Source of the DNA: Podarcis filfolensis
Lineage: Eukaryota
DNA: 64,000 bases
Direction: 5' to 3' (one strand)
NCBI GenBank assembly: GCA_964270895.1
Contig: OZ185440.1
Each line of letters begins with the position of its first letter. Position 1 is the first letter of the stretch. Under the pieces are notes generated by a model. That model ran no database searches. It saw nothing but the letters and a program-made list of their open reading frames with translations, and was not told the origin of the DNA. The position numbers and the translations under genes were made by a program. Shown piece by piece: positions 35,146 through 47,560 of the stretch.

Positions 35146-36480
35146 ATGGTATCATTATACATTTGTGGAATAGTTGGCTGCTATTCTTACTATAAAAGGA
35201 GAAAATGACTTTCAAAGCCTATTAGTGGCAAATTGTGTACTACTACTTCATCCTCCCTCCCTCCTTCCTCCCTTCCCAACTGAATCTGAAATCTAAAATT
35301 GTGTGCCTAAGGCCCAGCAAGATTCTCACGGTGCTACTATTCTTGTCCTATCAGACACCTTCTGATGAACACTACATTCCACTCTCAGCAGGGACACTAG
35401 CAACTTGGCAGATTTAAAGTTGCAGGCTTAGCAGTGGGCACTGTTGATGCTGGCATCCTGCCCTCCTCACTTCCTTACTCCTATGAGCTTTGAGGTAGAG
35501 GGGAAGCCAGAATGTTTAGTCTGCCTGGCACATTCCTGGATTGCTAAAATAAATAGAAGATTATTAATGGAGCTGCTTTTCCTCAGCAACGTCGCCAGGA
35601 GATGCCAAAGTTATCAAGTGCCTCCTGAAGAATGTCGGGAGCTCTGTGGGGTACGGTCCAGAGTGACTCTTTATATAAGCAAACTCTCTCACCCCCCCCC
35701 ACTTTGGAGGGAACATAGATCTCGACTGCTAACCCAGGTTTTAGCTGCAGAAGTTTTGTAGCCTCAATTCAGAAGACTTCCCAAAACAATAGCTGGCTTG
35801 GTGTAAAAGAAATAAGACTGAGCTGCAGACATAAATCTTTTCTCTGCCACCAACTCCCTAAATAGTTTTGGTCAAGTCACTCAGTGGCTGCATTCAAATG
35901 TAACGATAAGCCAAAGTTTTTGACTGATCGTGGTTTTAGGGATGAGAAGTGTGTTGCTGCATGCTGCCCAATACACTGTAGGTCCCAGTTTGCTCTTCTG
36001 TGGGATAAACAACTTGACTTTCTGTTATGAACAGGGATTGTGGTATGTGGCTTCCTAAAAAATAGACTACAGCAGGCAGAGCAATCTAATCCCCTGGCCT
36101 TCACCAGCAGCAGAGCCCCACTGGAAAGCAGTGCCCCCAATGCATTTGCCTAAGCGGTGAGTGCAATTGTCAGCAGTATCCCTGCTGAAAGGAGTCAAAA
36201 GAAACTACTGAAACAGGCTGTTTTGGGGTGGGTAAGGGGCAGCAGGATGCTGAGCCAACCTTGTTGCCATCACATGGTGGCATAGAGTTCAATCTAGGAC
36301 TCTTTGCCGTACTGGCCTGGTAGCAGTGGGGCTGTGAATGTGTCAGTGGATATGCCACTCTATTCAGCCCGATTGTGGTTGTCCAGGGGGTTAGACTGCA
36401 TTTGAAGGTTGGCCAGTTATCTTTTTAGGCAGCATCAAACCATGATCCCTGGTTTGGTTGTAATGGGAAGCCAAGGTTTA

Positions 36481-36540
36481 CAGGTTTGTTTATTATGCCA
36501 TATGAGGAGCAGGTTTGTTTATTATGCCATATGAGGAGCA
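36481..36540. repeat. Perfect 29-bp tandem duplication
   Basis: caggtttgtttattatgccatatgaggag x2, plus ca. Confidence 0.95.
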
Positions 36541-36617
36541 AAGTGAGAGTGATCAGCCAGCATCAGTTACAATAAACCAAAAAGTATGGCTCATCATTAT
36601 GCACAAACAGTCATTTA

Positions 36618-36848
36618 CAGTGGTACCTTGGGTTAAGAACTTAATTCGTTCCGGAGGTCCATTCTTCACCTGAAACTGTTCTTAACCTGAGGAACCACTT
36701 TAGCTAATGGGGCCTCCCGCTGCCGCCGCACGATTTCTGTTCTCATCCTGAAGTAAAGTTCTTAACCCGAGGTACTACTTCAGGGTTAGCAGAGTCTGTA
36801 ACCTGAAGCGTCTGTAACCTGAAGCATCTGTAACCCAAGGTACTACCG
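36618..36848. mobile_element. Tigger-like MITE, 231 bp
   Basis: TA|cagtggtaccttgggttaag ... taacccaaggtactaccg|TA; three tandem 16-bp tctgtaacctgaagc units at the right end. Confidence 0.85.
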
Positions 36849-38248
36849 TACTCTTCTCTCCCTTTGAAAGATAGAGATAGTAAGACCACACTGTCTTTCA
36901 AAAATGTATGCATACATATGACAATTACAGTAATGATGTAAAATTAATCTCAGATAAGATGTGATGACCGACCTCAATCTACTTCAAGAAGACGTTTTTA
37001 CCTAAAACATGAATTCTGAAAGTATTTCAAAATCTTCTCAAGGATGCAATTTGAAGTGTCTTTTCTAGTAGCCACTAAATCTTTACATGTCCTTTGTCCT
37101 TTGGAATTGAAATCATTAACAGATATACAGAGAGCAAAGTGACTGCTTTAAAAAAATAATAATGTTTTTTTCTCCATCTGCTTGATCTCATCTCACTGTT
37201 TCTACACCGAATGCTAGTGTTTTACATGGCATTTGGGACTTTCACAGCATCTAGAATGGCATTTTGGGGGAAAGCCAGTAACAGCAACATGTATTAGCAG
37301 TATGTAAAGGAAATGCCCTCCTCTCAGTAGTGAAGGAAAGAACGTCCAGGCCAGAGGTGATCCTTTGGTTTCCATGAACTTGCAGGTGGTTCTGCATATG
37401 ACAACTTTCCATGCATCCCTGCTGAGTCTTCATGGATCAGCTTGATGAGTCTCAGCAACCAGGAGAGGGTCTGTGTGCCTCTTACATTCACTCCCTGCAA
37501 ACTTCATAATAATAAAGTGATACACTATACCGTATCCCTTTTCCCATTTCACCCTTCACTGGATCATTTTATGCATCTATTCCCATTGCTAATTCAAACT
37601 AATTAAAATATAAAATGGAATAATTTGTGCAATTTCAAAGCTCCCTTCTCCATATTGTGAGTTATGTTTCTTTTCTGTTAGCGCCCAGCGTGAACAATTC
37701 CCCTTCCTCACCGGCTGACTAGCCGCCAAACTCATTTACTGAAAAGCCTCTAACAGTACAGTACTGAAAAGGAATAGGAAAGGAAGTCCTGATAGAGAGA
37801 ACAAGGAGTCTGAGGTTTGCTTTTAAATTTCATAGTTGAGCACTTTTTGAATTGGGCAATGGGACATTTCAGCTTTGTCCTTTAAGTAATTACCTGACTT
37901 TAGAATAGAGTTTCCTACCTTGTTATTCTTATTCTTATGAAAAGGGAGGGAGAGTGACAGTAAAAATGGATCTGTTTATCACTTTCTAAACTAGCAGCTG
38001 CTAGTCACTGTGTGTTTTCATATATCCCAGTGGGGAACTATGTCCTCTAGGCCTCCACATTTGGCCCACCAGGTCATTTTGGTCAAGCCACACCCTTACC
38101 ACTTAACAAGGCTGCTGTTTATTCAGGTTACCATGGAATGTGTAACTAAAGTTTTAAAATGTTCAATTTCAAAAATGAGAATAAACGGAGCAATACTACT
38201 GTTATTTCCTGCCCCCCTCCCATACATCACAAGCACAGCACCATTTAA

Positions 38249-38450
38249 GTGGTGTCATGGTCCGAGTATTGGACTAGGGCCTGGGAGATTAGGGTTCACA
38301 TCCCCACTCAGCCATGAAGCTTACTGGGTGACTTTGAGCTTGTCACTGGCTCTCAGCCTAACCTACCTCACAGAGTTGTTGTGAGGATCACAGGAAAAGG
38401 AGCTGAGCCCTACACTTATCTTGCAGGAAAGATGGAATATAAACACATTA
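38249..38450 (+). mobile_element. tRNA-derived CORE SINE (MIR-like)
   Basis: A box gtggtgtcatgg, B box gggttcacatcccc, CORE ctctcagcctaacctacctcacagagttgttgtgaggat. Confidence 0.75.
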
Positions 38451-38708
38451 AATAGGTAAATAAATTAAATTCAAATAGAAGAAAGCTGTTAAGGAAAAAA
38501 AGACCCTTCCTTAAAAAATGTAAGTCCTGTATGCTAATATTTTCAGTTTGCTTCCCACTTCTGCTCCTAAGAAATTATATTCATATGCAGAAATCAATAG
38601 GGTGTTGCAAGTTCAGTATTTATGAAGTCTTCAACGAAAGGGACTTCCTGCTTACTACTGTTTCCAGGTCCCACAACTTGAGATGGAAACTTTCCCTTTC
38701 ATTTAAAC

Positions 38709-39027
38709 CAGGGGTAGGCAACCTAAGGCCCGGGGGCTGGATGCGGCCCAATCGCCTTCTAAATCTGGCCCGTGGATGGTCCGGGAATCAGTGTGTTTTT
38801 ACATGAGTAGAATGTGTGCTTTTATTTAAAATGCATCTCTGGGTTATTTGTGGGGCCTGCCTGGTGTTTTTACATGAGTAGAATGTGTGCTTTTATTTAA
38901 AATGCATCTCTGGGTTATTTGTGGGGCATAGGAATTCGTTCTCCCCCCCCCAAAAAAAAATATAGTCCAGCCCACCACATGGTCTGAGGGACGGTGGCCC
39001 ATGGCTGAAAAAGGTTGCTGACCCCTG
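38709..39027. mobile_element. hAT (Charlie-like) non-autonomous element, 319 bp
   Basis: Perfect 8-bp TSD atttaaac (38701-38708, 39028-39035); TIRs caggggtaggcaacct / aggttgctgacccctg (14/16); internal 64-bp exact duplication. Confidence 0.9.
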
Positions 39028-39119
39028 ATTTAAACAAAGAACTGCCCCATCCTCTAGGAAATAGGGAAGTGGGTGGGTTGATTTTGAAAGCAAAAAATGT
39101 GCCCAAGTGAAGAGAAATA

Positions 39120-40309
39120 CCGTATTTTTCCCTATATAACACGCAGATTTTTTCTCCTAAAAAGGAAGGGGAAATGTCTGTGCGTGTTATTGAGCGAATG
39201 TGTGGTCCCTGGAGCCAAATGGCAAAAAAAATCAGGCAAAAATCAAATCGCGCGTCTCGGAGAAGGGAAACCTGAAAAGAGGAAGTGGCTGCTTTCCTGC
39301 ATTCTGCCTCAGGGTCTTACTGCCCACCCTCCTCTGTTTCCTTGCTGTGTTTGCTCAAACGGAACAAAGAGCAGGGAAAGCCCCTCCCCTCCAGGCAAGC
39401 AGAGGGGAAAGCAGAGTGTCCTCTCTGTGCTCCGGTGCTGCTGAAAACATGCAGGAGGGAGAGAGAGAGCGAGAGAGAGAGAGAGCTGGCTGGCTTGGGT
39501 GGGTAGGTGAGGGAAAACTTTTACCTTCCTTTCCTCCCTCCCGTTATACCCCTCTCCTGCATTCTTAGCCAGCTGCTTCTCTGCACACCCCTCTCGTGCT
39601 CCTTGTCCATTCTGTATTTTTCCTTCCTTCCCCACTTAAAATGTGGTTAAAAAGCATGGATCCACATGGATCCTCAGGATCTTTGCATTGGGTCACCCCA
39701 AATTCACCATCAGATCACATAGCATGTCCATGGCTACAGCCTGCCCCCCAAAAATCACACACGCACTGTTGCCTGGGGCTGCAATGGTGCAAAAATGTGG
39801 TTAAAAAGCATGGATCCACATGGATCCTCAGGATCTTTGCATTGGGTCACCCCAAATTCACCATCAGATCACATAGCATGTCCATGGCTACAGCCTGCCC
39901 CCCCCAAATCACGCACCCACTGTTGCCTGGGGCTGCAATGGTGCAAAAACGTGGTTACAAAACATGGATCCTCAGGATCTTTGCATTGGGTCACCCCAAA
40001 TTCACCATCAGAGCACATAGCATGTCCATGGCTACAGCCTGCCCCCCCCCCAAAATCACACACCCACTGTTGCCTGGGGCTGCAATGGTGCAAAAACGTG
40101 GTTACAAAGCATGGATCCACAGGGATTCTCAGGATTTTTGCATTGGGTCACCCCAAATTCACCATCAGATCACATGTCTGTGGCCACAGCATGAAGCACA
40201 AAAATGATACATCCACTGTTTCATTCAGAATGTTTTTTCCCTTGTTTTCCTCCTCTAAAAACGATGTGCGTGTTATGGTCAGGTGCGTGTTATCGAGCGA
40301 AAAATACGG
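39120..40309. mobile_element. Tc1/mariner Tc2/Kanga-like non-autonomous element, 1190 bp
   Basis: TA|ccgtatttttccctatataacacgca ... tgcgtgttatcgagcgaaaaatacgg|TA (26-bp TIR, 23/26); subterminal tgcgtgttat repeats at both ends; no transposase ORF. Confidence 0.85.
39638..40190. repeat. Minisatellite, ~3.6 copies of a 154/154/147-bp unit, inside the Tc2-like element
   Basis: Units start at 39641, 39795, 39949 and 40096 (a(t/c)gtggtta...catggatcc...ttgcattgggtcaccccaaattcaccatcag). Confidence 0.95.
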
Positions 40310-40849
40310 TAAAGAACCCTCATTCTACTTGCTGCTATTAGCACTCCACAACCTCTCATCCCAGTTTCTCTTTCCCTGAACCAGAACAGACAATAGGCAT
40401 GGTCCTGGCTGAAAGAAATGCATCTAGGGAGAGGGGATATAAGCCACAGAAGTGTAAAGAGTTACAAATTATTCACCCACCCACTTTGCCAGCTCCATCA
40501 AGCTTTTTCCTCCATCAGCTGTTACCAGGCAGCAGCCAGTTCTAACAGGTTACAGCACAGGGAGGGAAGGGAAGCAGTGTTGCCATCTTCTTGGTTGCTG
40601 GTCAGCACCATCTGCTTCCCACATCAACAGTCACCTGACATTCGCCATTTCACCAGCCTATAGCAGAGGGGAAGAGGGGAAGCAGCGCTTCTCCATTGGA
40701 TCTGCTGAGAGACCAGACATCTTTGGCTCCTCTCCTTGAACATTTCCTTTCCAGCTAGTTGTTAAGTAAACTTTGTAAGGGGATCTGTGGTCCTGAGTTT
40801 GCACCTCCCTTTCAAATGGCTTTTCCTTTTGTTTTGTGTATTTTGTCTA

Positions 40850-40950
40850 CCTGAGGGCATGAAACTGTCTTCTTATTTATCTTGTAAGCTGCTCTGAGAG
40901 CCCTTTGCAGCCAAGCAGCAGGGTAAAAATACTTCAAATTATAAACAAAT
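40850..40950 (+). mobile_element. L2-type 3' tail remnant
   Basis: ttatttatcttgtaagctgctctgagagccctttgcagccaagcagcagggtaaaaatac...aaataaaa. Confidence 0.45.
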
Positions 40951-41148
40951 AAAAGTGGGCACCCAACTGTCTTTTCAGAGTAGTTTTGTGTTTAAACATG
41001 TGGAACTGCTGCTGTTAGGGTTTGACTTGGTTCTTAGAAGAATGACAACAGCAGCTGTAAGTTAAATGTATGAGGTTGCATTAAAGTGCCTTGTTCTCAT
41101 TTTGCCAGAGAAAAGGGGAGAAGAAAGTAAATCAAAGCAGTCACAGTA

Positions 41149-41377
41149 CAGTGGTACCTTTGGTTGCGAATGGGATCCGTTCCGGAGGCCCGTTTGCAAC
41201 ATGAAAAGAATGCAACCTGCAGCGGTGCGCCTGTGCATGCGCGGGTTGCAATTTGCCACTTCTGCGCATGCGCAAGCGGCGAAACCCAGAAGTAATGCTT
41301 TCTGGTACTTCCGGGTTGCCGCGGGACGTAACCTGAAAGAACGTAACATGAAGCAGAAGTAACATGAGGTATGACTG
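41149..41377. mobile_element. Tigger-like MITE (distinct subfamily), 229 bp, CpG-rich
   Basis: TA|cagtggtacctttggttgcg ... gtaacatgaggtatgactg|TA; interior differs from the other three copies. Confidence 0.8.
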
Positions 41378-43056
41378 TATACCAAATCCCAGACATGCAT
41401 CCATCCTATACATTTAAAGCACATGGTTTTTGCCAAAGAATCAAGGGAACTGCAGTTTACCCACCAGAGAGCTACAATTCCCAGCACTCATATCAAACTA
41501 CTGTTCCAACGATTCTTTGGGGAAAGCGAAGTGCTTTAAATGTATGGTGTGGGTGTGACTCAGGTGGTTGTAGGGGAAAAACATGGATTTTAAGTATTAT
41601 CCATTGTGAAAAGCCAAAGCCATTTCGCCATTACTTCTGCATTGGCATTGGTAGAAACTATGCTTCCCTTGTGAGAAAGCTAGAAACATTTCAGTGTGGT
41701 GACTGCTGATCGGACAATTAAACAACAGGAATGTGTTAAAAATGGAAAAGGAAATGAACATCAAGGCAAGTTCATGCTGGGAACCTTGGGGCTCAGATAG
41801 GCAGGTGGGAAAGGATTAAGCAGGGAATTAAAAGTGAGTAATTCTAAACAACATTAAAAAGAGAGACTGAAATGCTGCATAAAGCATTGCACTTTCTGAA
41901 AAGCCAGTGCACTCAGAGCAAAGACATTAACAGTAATTTCTGCTAGAATAAATTCATGTTGGATTTTCCTCATTCAAAAGGAGAAAACCAGCTTTAACCT
42001 CTCATCCCCTCAATCACGTGTAGTTTGCAAATTATGTGATAATATTAAACGCAGACAAACACACAGCCATGCAGTTTGAAAGACAGACGCAGAGCTTACA
42101 GTAATACTTTGCTGAATGGCCCCTGTTGAATAGACAATAATGTCCATGGGATATTGTGATTGTGTGCATGCGTGTGCAAATTGAGTGACAATTCAGAAAT
42201 GTCCTAAGATTGACTTAGGCAAGGACAAGTGCTAGCGCTCTTAAAATCGGACAAATTATCTGCTAGCAGAGAAAAATGAAGCAGTATGTTATCCCACCTG
42301 CTTATGCTCGTTTTTTAGATCAATTAAAAGTAATTAAAACGTCTTGCTTGTCAGGTAGCTTCTCTTAAATGACCTCAGACTAATTTTAGCCAGATTTCTC
42401 TATTACGTGTAAGTGATTACAGGAAAAAGAGAACCTGGAAGTTTAATCTAAAAGTCGAATGCCATAATGAGAGGGGAAAGGGCAGTAATGAGCCAACAGG
42501 AGCATCCTTCTTTGCCAATCCCTCTCTAACCAAGGACTTCCTCAACAAGAAGCCATACCAGCCCAGTTTTCATCCCTATAAGGCAGCAGCAGCATCCTTG
42601 TAGTCACTGATCTGTATCTTGAAACTGACAGTGGAAATTATATCCTGCTAAGCCTATTCGATTTTTTAGTCCTCTTCGATACACTTGATCATGAGGTGAC
42701 ATGAAAGTAGGACTTGACAGGAGTTAGGACTGACTGCTCTTGAGTGGATCCGCTCACACAGTAAGATCTGTCCTCTGCGCTTCCTAGGGGGATCCATCTT
42801 GTTCGCACTTTGGCCTACTATGCACACTGTGTACAGCTTTTTTTCTTTTTTAAACGAACCCAGTGTCTTCTGTGAAGCAGGAAAGACCTTCTTAGAGGAC
42901 TGGGTCCCTTCTAAAGAGCAGGAGTGACTGCATGGCATCCTCATCACACTGGGAAACCAGGTCCACTACTTCCCCAAAGCTTTTTATCGGGATAATGCAG
43001 TTCTCAAGCCACCCCTGTCATAAGATTAATTTCCTGTAGTTTAATTTCTTCTAAAC

Positions 43057-43163
43057 TAGTGTTATGGGGAACCTGTGGCCCTCCAGATGTTGTTGGACAC
43101 CAGCTCTCATCAACTGCAGCCAGAATAGCCAGTGGTCAGGAATTATGGGAGTTGTAGTCCAGC
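43057..43163. mobile_element. ~135-bp palindromic MITE, right end missing
   Basis: ggggaacctgtggccctccagatgttgttggac...gtggtcaggaattatgggagttgtagtcc. Confidence 0.7.
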
Positions 43164-45384
43164 TGGTATCAGTCAGAAGACTCCATGATATCTTTCTGGA
43201 TATCTGCTTTGGCCTCTTCTACATTTGTGTGAACAGTAGTGGAGTGCAGTAGTGCCACGGCACTAGACTCCCAACATTGCTGACGCCGCTGCTTACTGGG
43301 GTGGGGGTGGATGGGCAGGGTTAGGCAGGGGTGAGATGGACTGCTGCTTTTAAGGGATCCATTAATTCTACTCAAAACTATTTAAACGCTGCAGGTGGGT
43401 ATGCTCAGAATCTGAAAATGTTCATTTTAATTTCCACTCAAGGGGAAACATTTGTAAATGCAGGTTTCTGACCCAATTACAATTCTTTTTTTTTCTTTTG
43501 CACGGCTACACAAAGTGCAGATTTATTTAAATTCTGAACTGTGTGTACATGACCAGTAAGTGCCTTAACATCTTGCCTTAACACAGAACTTGGCAAGATT
43601 GGAAAAGGTATATATAGGTATTTCATTTTTTTAAAGTATGCCTTGAATTCCATTAAGATGAGAGAGCCTATAGCTTCAGCTCTCAATACATAAGCCAAAC
43701 CGTTACTTTTTTAAAGCCTGTTCCAACTGCAATCAATCTCAACCTTATGTATTCCACCCATCCAGCATAATCATTATCAGAAGAGATATCTCACCGGAAT
43801 GGGTGTAAACATTGAGCAAAATATATTTGATTAACTTAACAACAACAGAGCTCCCTGGTTTCAGTGCAGCAACTATATTCAGGTTCATGTATAGAAAACC
43901 ATCTGGAAAAGCAATTTAACTTCAAATTTAAAATGGTTTGCGTTTTACCCTCCTCACTTTATTTCCCAGTTCTTTCCATCCTTATGCATTTCTGCTGGTT
44001 CATCTCACTTCTTTTCAGGACACAAGGAACATTTATGGCCTTCCTGATCAATTGATGGCCCTTCTTTACTTTTCTTAGCCCTCAACCCAATCCTAAATGC
44101 TTGTAAATCATCTGGGCATCTAGCATTTACTCCTTGTCCAACCTCCCCACCCCACCCCCATGCCGGACTCACCAGCCAGAAAATCCAGCTCAAACACAAA
44201 GCTGTTTTCATGGGACTTACACATTTTAGGGTTATAGGGCACAGAGTTTCACTACAATTTACTTCCAGAGGCTCCTGTGCCTCTGTGGCTCCTGACACTA
44301 AAACATTTGCTAGGCAATTACTTCACAACCAGCAAAGGGTGCTTTGAGAGGTGACAAAAAATAGGTACACATATGACAATAGCTTTCTTTACAAGAAATT
44401 CTGATAGAGTGGTGTGGAACAGTAGTGTAGCAGTGGGCCAATAATAAAATTAAGAACATTTGTCTTAGGAAATATGGTCTGGAGCATTTCCTAGGTAAGA
44501 GGTACAAGCTGTCCAAATTTCAGAAAAAGATGAGTTAGAGCAGTTTAGAAATTGGAGGCAGGTGGTATGGTACATCATGCAAAGTCAAGGCCAAGTCACA
44601 CAGTAGGGCTCTAACTCCACACAGACAGCAGAAAGCAATAGGCTCCACTTCTGGTCATATGAGCACTCATGGGCACATCTACAAGATGCACACACTGCAA
44701 TTGCAGCTCAATGGATCTTGTATAAATCTAATAGCATCCACTTGCAAGATAGCAATGATTCTCCTCTCCCTTTAGCCCAGGGGTCCAGCAGACTTCCACT
44801 GAAGGGCAGGGGAAGTTGGATTTTAATCCAGGTCTTTCAAGTGGCTTCTCACATGGAGGCCATAAAGGAAGAAATGTGGTCTGCCAAGAATAAGCAAACT
44901 GGAGCAGTAGTGTTCATGAAAATAAAATTTAACAACTAGTGTTCTGGGAGATACTGACGACAACTTGCCCTGAGTACTGTACATTCATCCTCAGACTAGC
45001 ACTAAATCTTGAAAATGCACAGCACATACTGTATTTTCAGAAACCCCTGAAGAGTGGAGCAGCAACATTAGTCAATTAACTGAACCGATTAATTGATTAA
45101 GCATTTTGTGTTGTGTTTAATAAAAGTGTTGCAAGAAATAAGCTCCAAGGAACAGCATTATTTGCCTTGAAGGAAAAGAAAAAGGATTGTGTGTGTGTTG
45201 TGGGAGAAAATCTGGGCCCAGAGAGGCACTGAAATTCAGTTGTTGAAGTTTAGTTTGCAGTTTAGTATCAGGATGATTTTGGACCATGCAGTAAATAAGA
45301 TACAATAATCAATCAACATTTACAGTAGTGGCAGGTCTGATGGGACAGAGCCACCAAGCCACCTTCTTGACATTAGTTCATCCT

Positions 45385-45495
45385 ACTTGGATCTGCTGGA
45401 TTAAACTGGAGGAAGTATAAATGGCTATTAGCAACAACAGCTAAATGGAACTTCCATAAGCAGAGGGAGTGTATCTCTGAATACTAGCAGCAAGA
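45385..45495 (+). mobile_element. CR1 3' fragment, degraded
   Basis: ggaggaagtataaatggctattagcaacaacagctaaatggaacttccataagcagagggagtgtatctctgaatactagc; same family as 7487-7790 in the opposite orientation. Confidence 0.55.
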
Positions 45496-47248
45496 CTGGA
45501 AACCATGTAAGGGTAAAATAATATCTTGGACTCTGCAGATGATATGATGAGCCGGAAAGGTTATTTTATCACACTTTTAATTTATCTTTATAATTCTTTT
45601 TATTCATAAACAGATTCAATCAGATAATCCAATTTAATTGACTAAAACTCATTTGAAATGAACCAAGATTTATTACTGAAGTGAGTGACAGTCCTAGTAA
45701 AGAAAAAAAAACTTATTTGCTATATTTTCAGATTGAGATTGAAGCACTCCTATGCAAATATATAGTGTTTCCCCTGTATCTTTAAATATTTCCAAATTTT
45801 GGGAACACACTTTTAATCTCTTTGCAGCCCTGCCAATTATTGGAATGGTCTTGCTGACAAACATAACAGAGTCCAAAAACTTCTTTGTCTTTCCCAGAAC
45901 TTTTCTTTCTTACTTTTCAAAACAGCAACAAGACTATGAAGTCAACATCAATGTAAGTTGCTGTGAGACTTTGTGACAGGGCACCAGGTGCAAGTTCTAA
46001 TTACAGGCTCTTGGAACTCGCATTCCTATGGAGCTTTTCTGTATAGAGTTGGCAGGATTTTATTTTTATTAGTAAATGTCAATTCCCACATTCCTGCACA
46101 CATCACTGAAACAGATCCCTTGATAACAATTGAAATTTACTGATAGACAAAATGATGAATGCTACACAAACATATTCACAAGCGTTCCCAGAATAGAAAA
46201 ACTAGCAAGAAAAGTTTAGATTGTTTTTGGAGGATTTCTGGGGATTTGGATTGCTTTTAAAACCCATTTACCGTCTTTACTACACACACAAGTGTGTCTT
46301 GATTCCATCTTTTCTGATGAAAAATATTGGTATTTGGTGGGGGGACATGGTGGGAGGACTCACTGGAATCTGTTTTAATACAAGGTTTTATAATACAGTC
46401 GTACGTCACATGCTTTTATTATTCAAAATGTTTATTGGCTGACTTCCTGAGCAAAGTACATACAACACAGCTTTAATGATGAAAAACATCCACGGTACAA
46501 CAGTAATACAAAATAAAAATACAAATTTATTTCTACAAGTATCCCAGCACTAAAAGCTAACTGGGCCAGCAATATATTTAGTTATGCATGGTCTGTAGGT
46601 ACATCTCCATTAGCCTCTGCAGAAAGAGAGGAGTTTGTGATGGTGATCTGCTACGCCATGGTCTATGCCCAGGTGGGCAGAAAGTTCTGAAAGGGCTGAT
46701 GCAGGGCAATATGCCAGTAGTTTTGGATCCACAAGAACCAAATCCTCAGAAATCCTCCAGGGACCCTGATCCTCCACACACCCCTCCAATCTAAACTGAA
46801 TACAAAAGAACCACCTCCCTGTCTTCCACTCTGCCTGGAACAAGCCAGCCAGGCTTGCGATGCAGCAGTGGATCTGCAACCCCTCAGCCCCACTTAAGTT
46901 TGCTCTGCCCCAACACAAAATGAAGAAGCTACAGAAAATTAAAGCTCCTATCTATACTGTAGATTTATGCCACACTAGAATCAAGATACAAGAGGCTGCC
47001 ATCTTCATGAGATGAGCATACAGGGCCTTCATTTTCTGTAAGTTGCTGCTTGCCCTCTTTTGGTGATTTTGGAGATTCTAGAAGCAAGTATCCTGAATCT
47101 GATGTCTTATTGACCTGGCCGCTCCCTTGGGGTTAATCTTCACACTTCTCACTTCCAGTGGCTATGACATAGGCATCTTGGTACAAAGGTACAATCCAAT
47201 GCATGTCTGCTTTGGGTTCAATGGGACCCCCAGGTAAGTGCATATAAG

Positions 47249-47560
47249 AGGGGTTGGGAACCTCAAGCTAGGGGCCACATGTAGCCCTCTAAGCCTCTTC
47301 TGTCTTCCCCCAGCCCAAATCTCTTATTGGTCCTGTTCCATGTTCTCCTCAACCAGCTAGAATGTCTCCTTGCACTGTGATAAAGCATCTTGCTTGCCTG
47401 GATAGAGAGATGGTTGTAGGCATGTAGAAACCTCTGATGCGTGTAACTACTGGAATGTAGCCCACTATACATAGGTATGAATTGCATCCACTACTTCACC
47501 CACTTTTTGCCACCAGCGTGTAGCCCATAAGGAGTTATGGTCCTCAGGCTGAAAAAGGCC
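47249..47560. mobile_element. Degraded hAT (Charlie-like) non-autonomous element
   Basis: Left end aggggttgggaacctcaagctaggggccacatgtagccctc; right end tggtcctcaggctgaaaaagg, resembling the right end of 38709-39027. Confidence 0.5.

Noticed and set aside
39638-40190. CRISPR-like regular repeats
   Set aside because: Eukaryotic DNA; units are contiguous tandem copies without unique spacers and there are no cas genes.
39596-40379. Longest ORFs in the track (203 aa, 194 aa) with repeated peptides
   Set aside because: They are translations of the 154-bp minisatellite inside the Tc2-like MITE; the peptide swaps frames between units and resembles no known protein.
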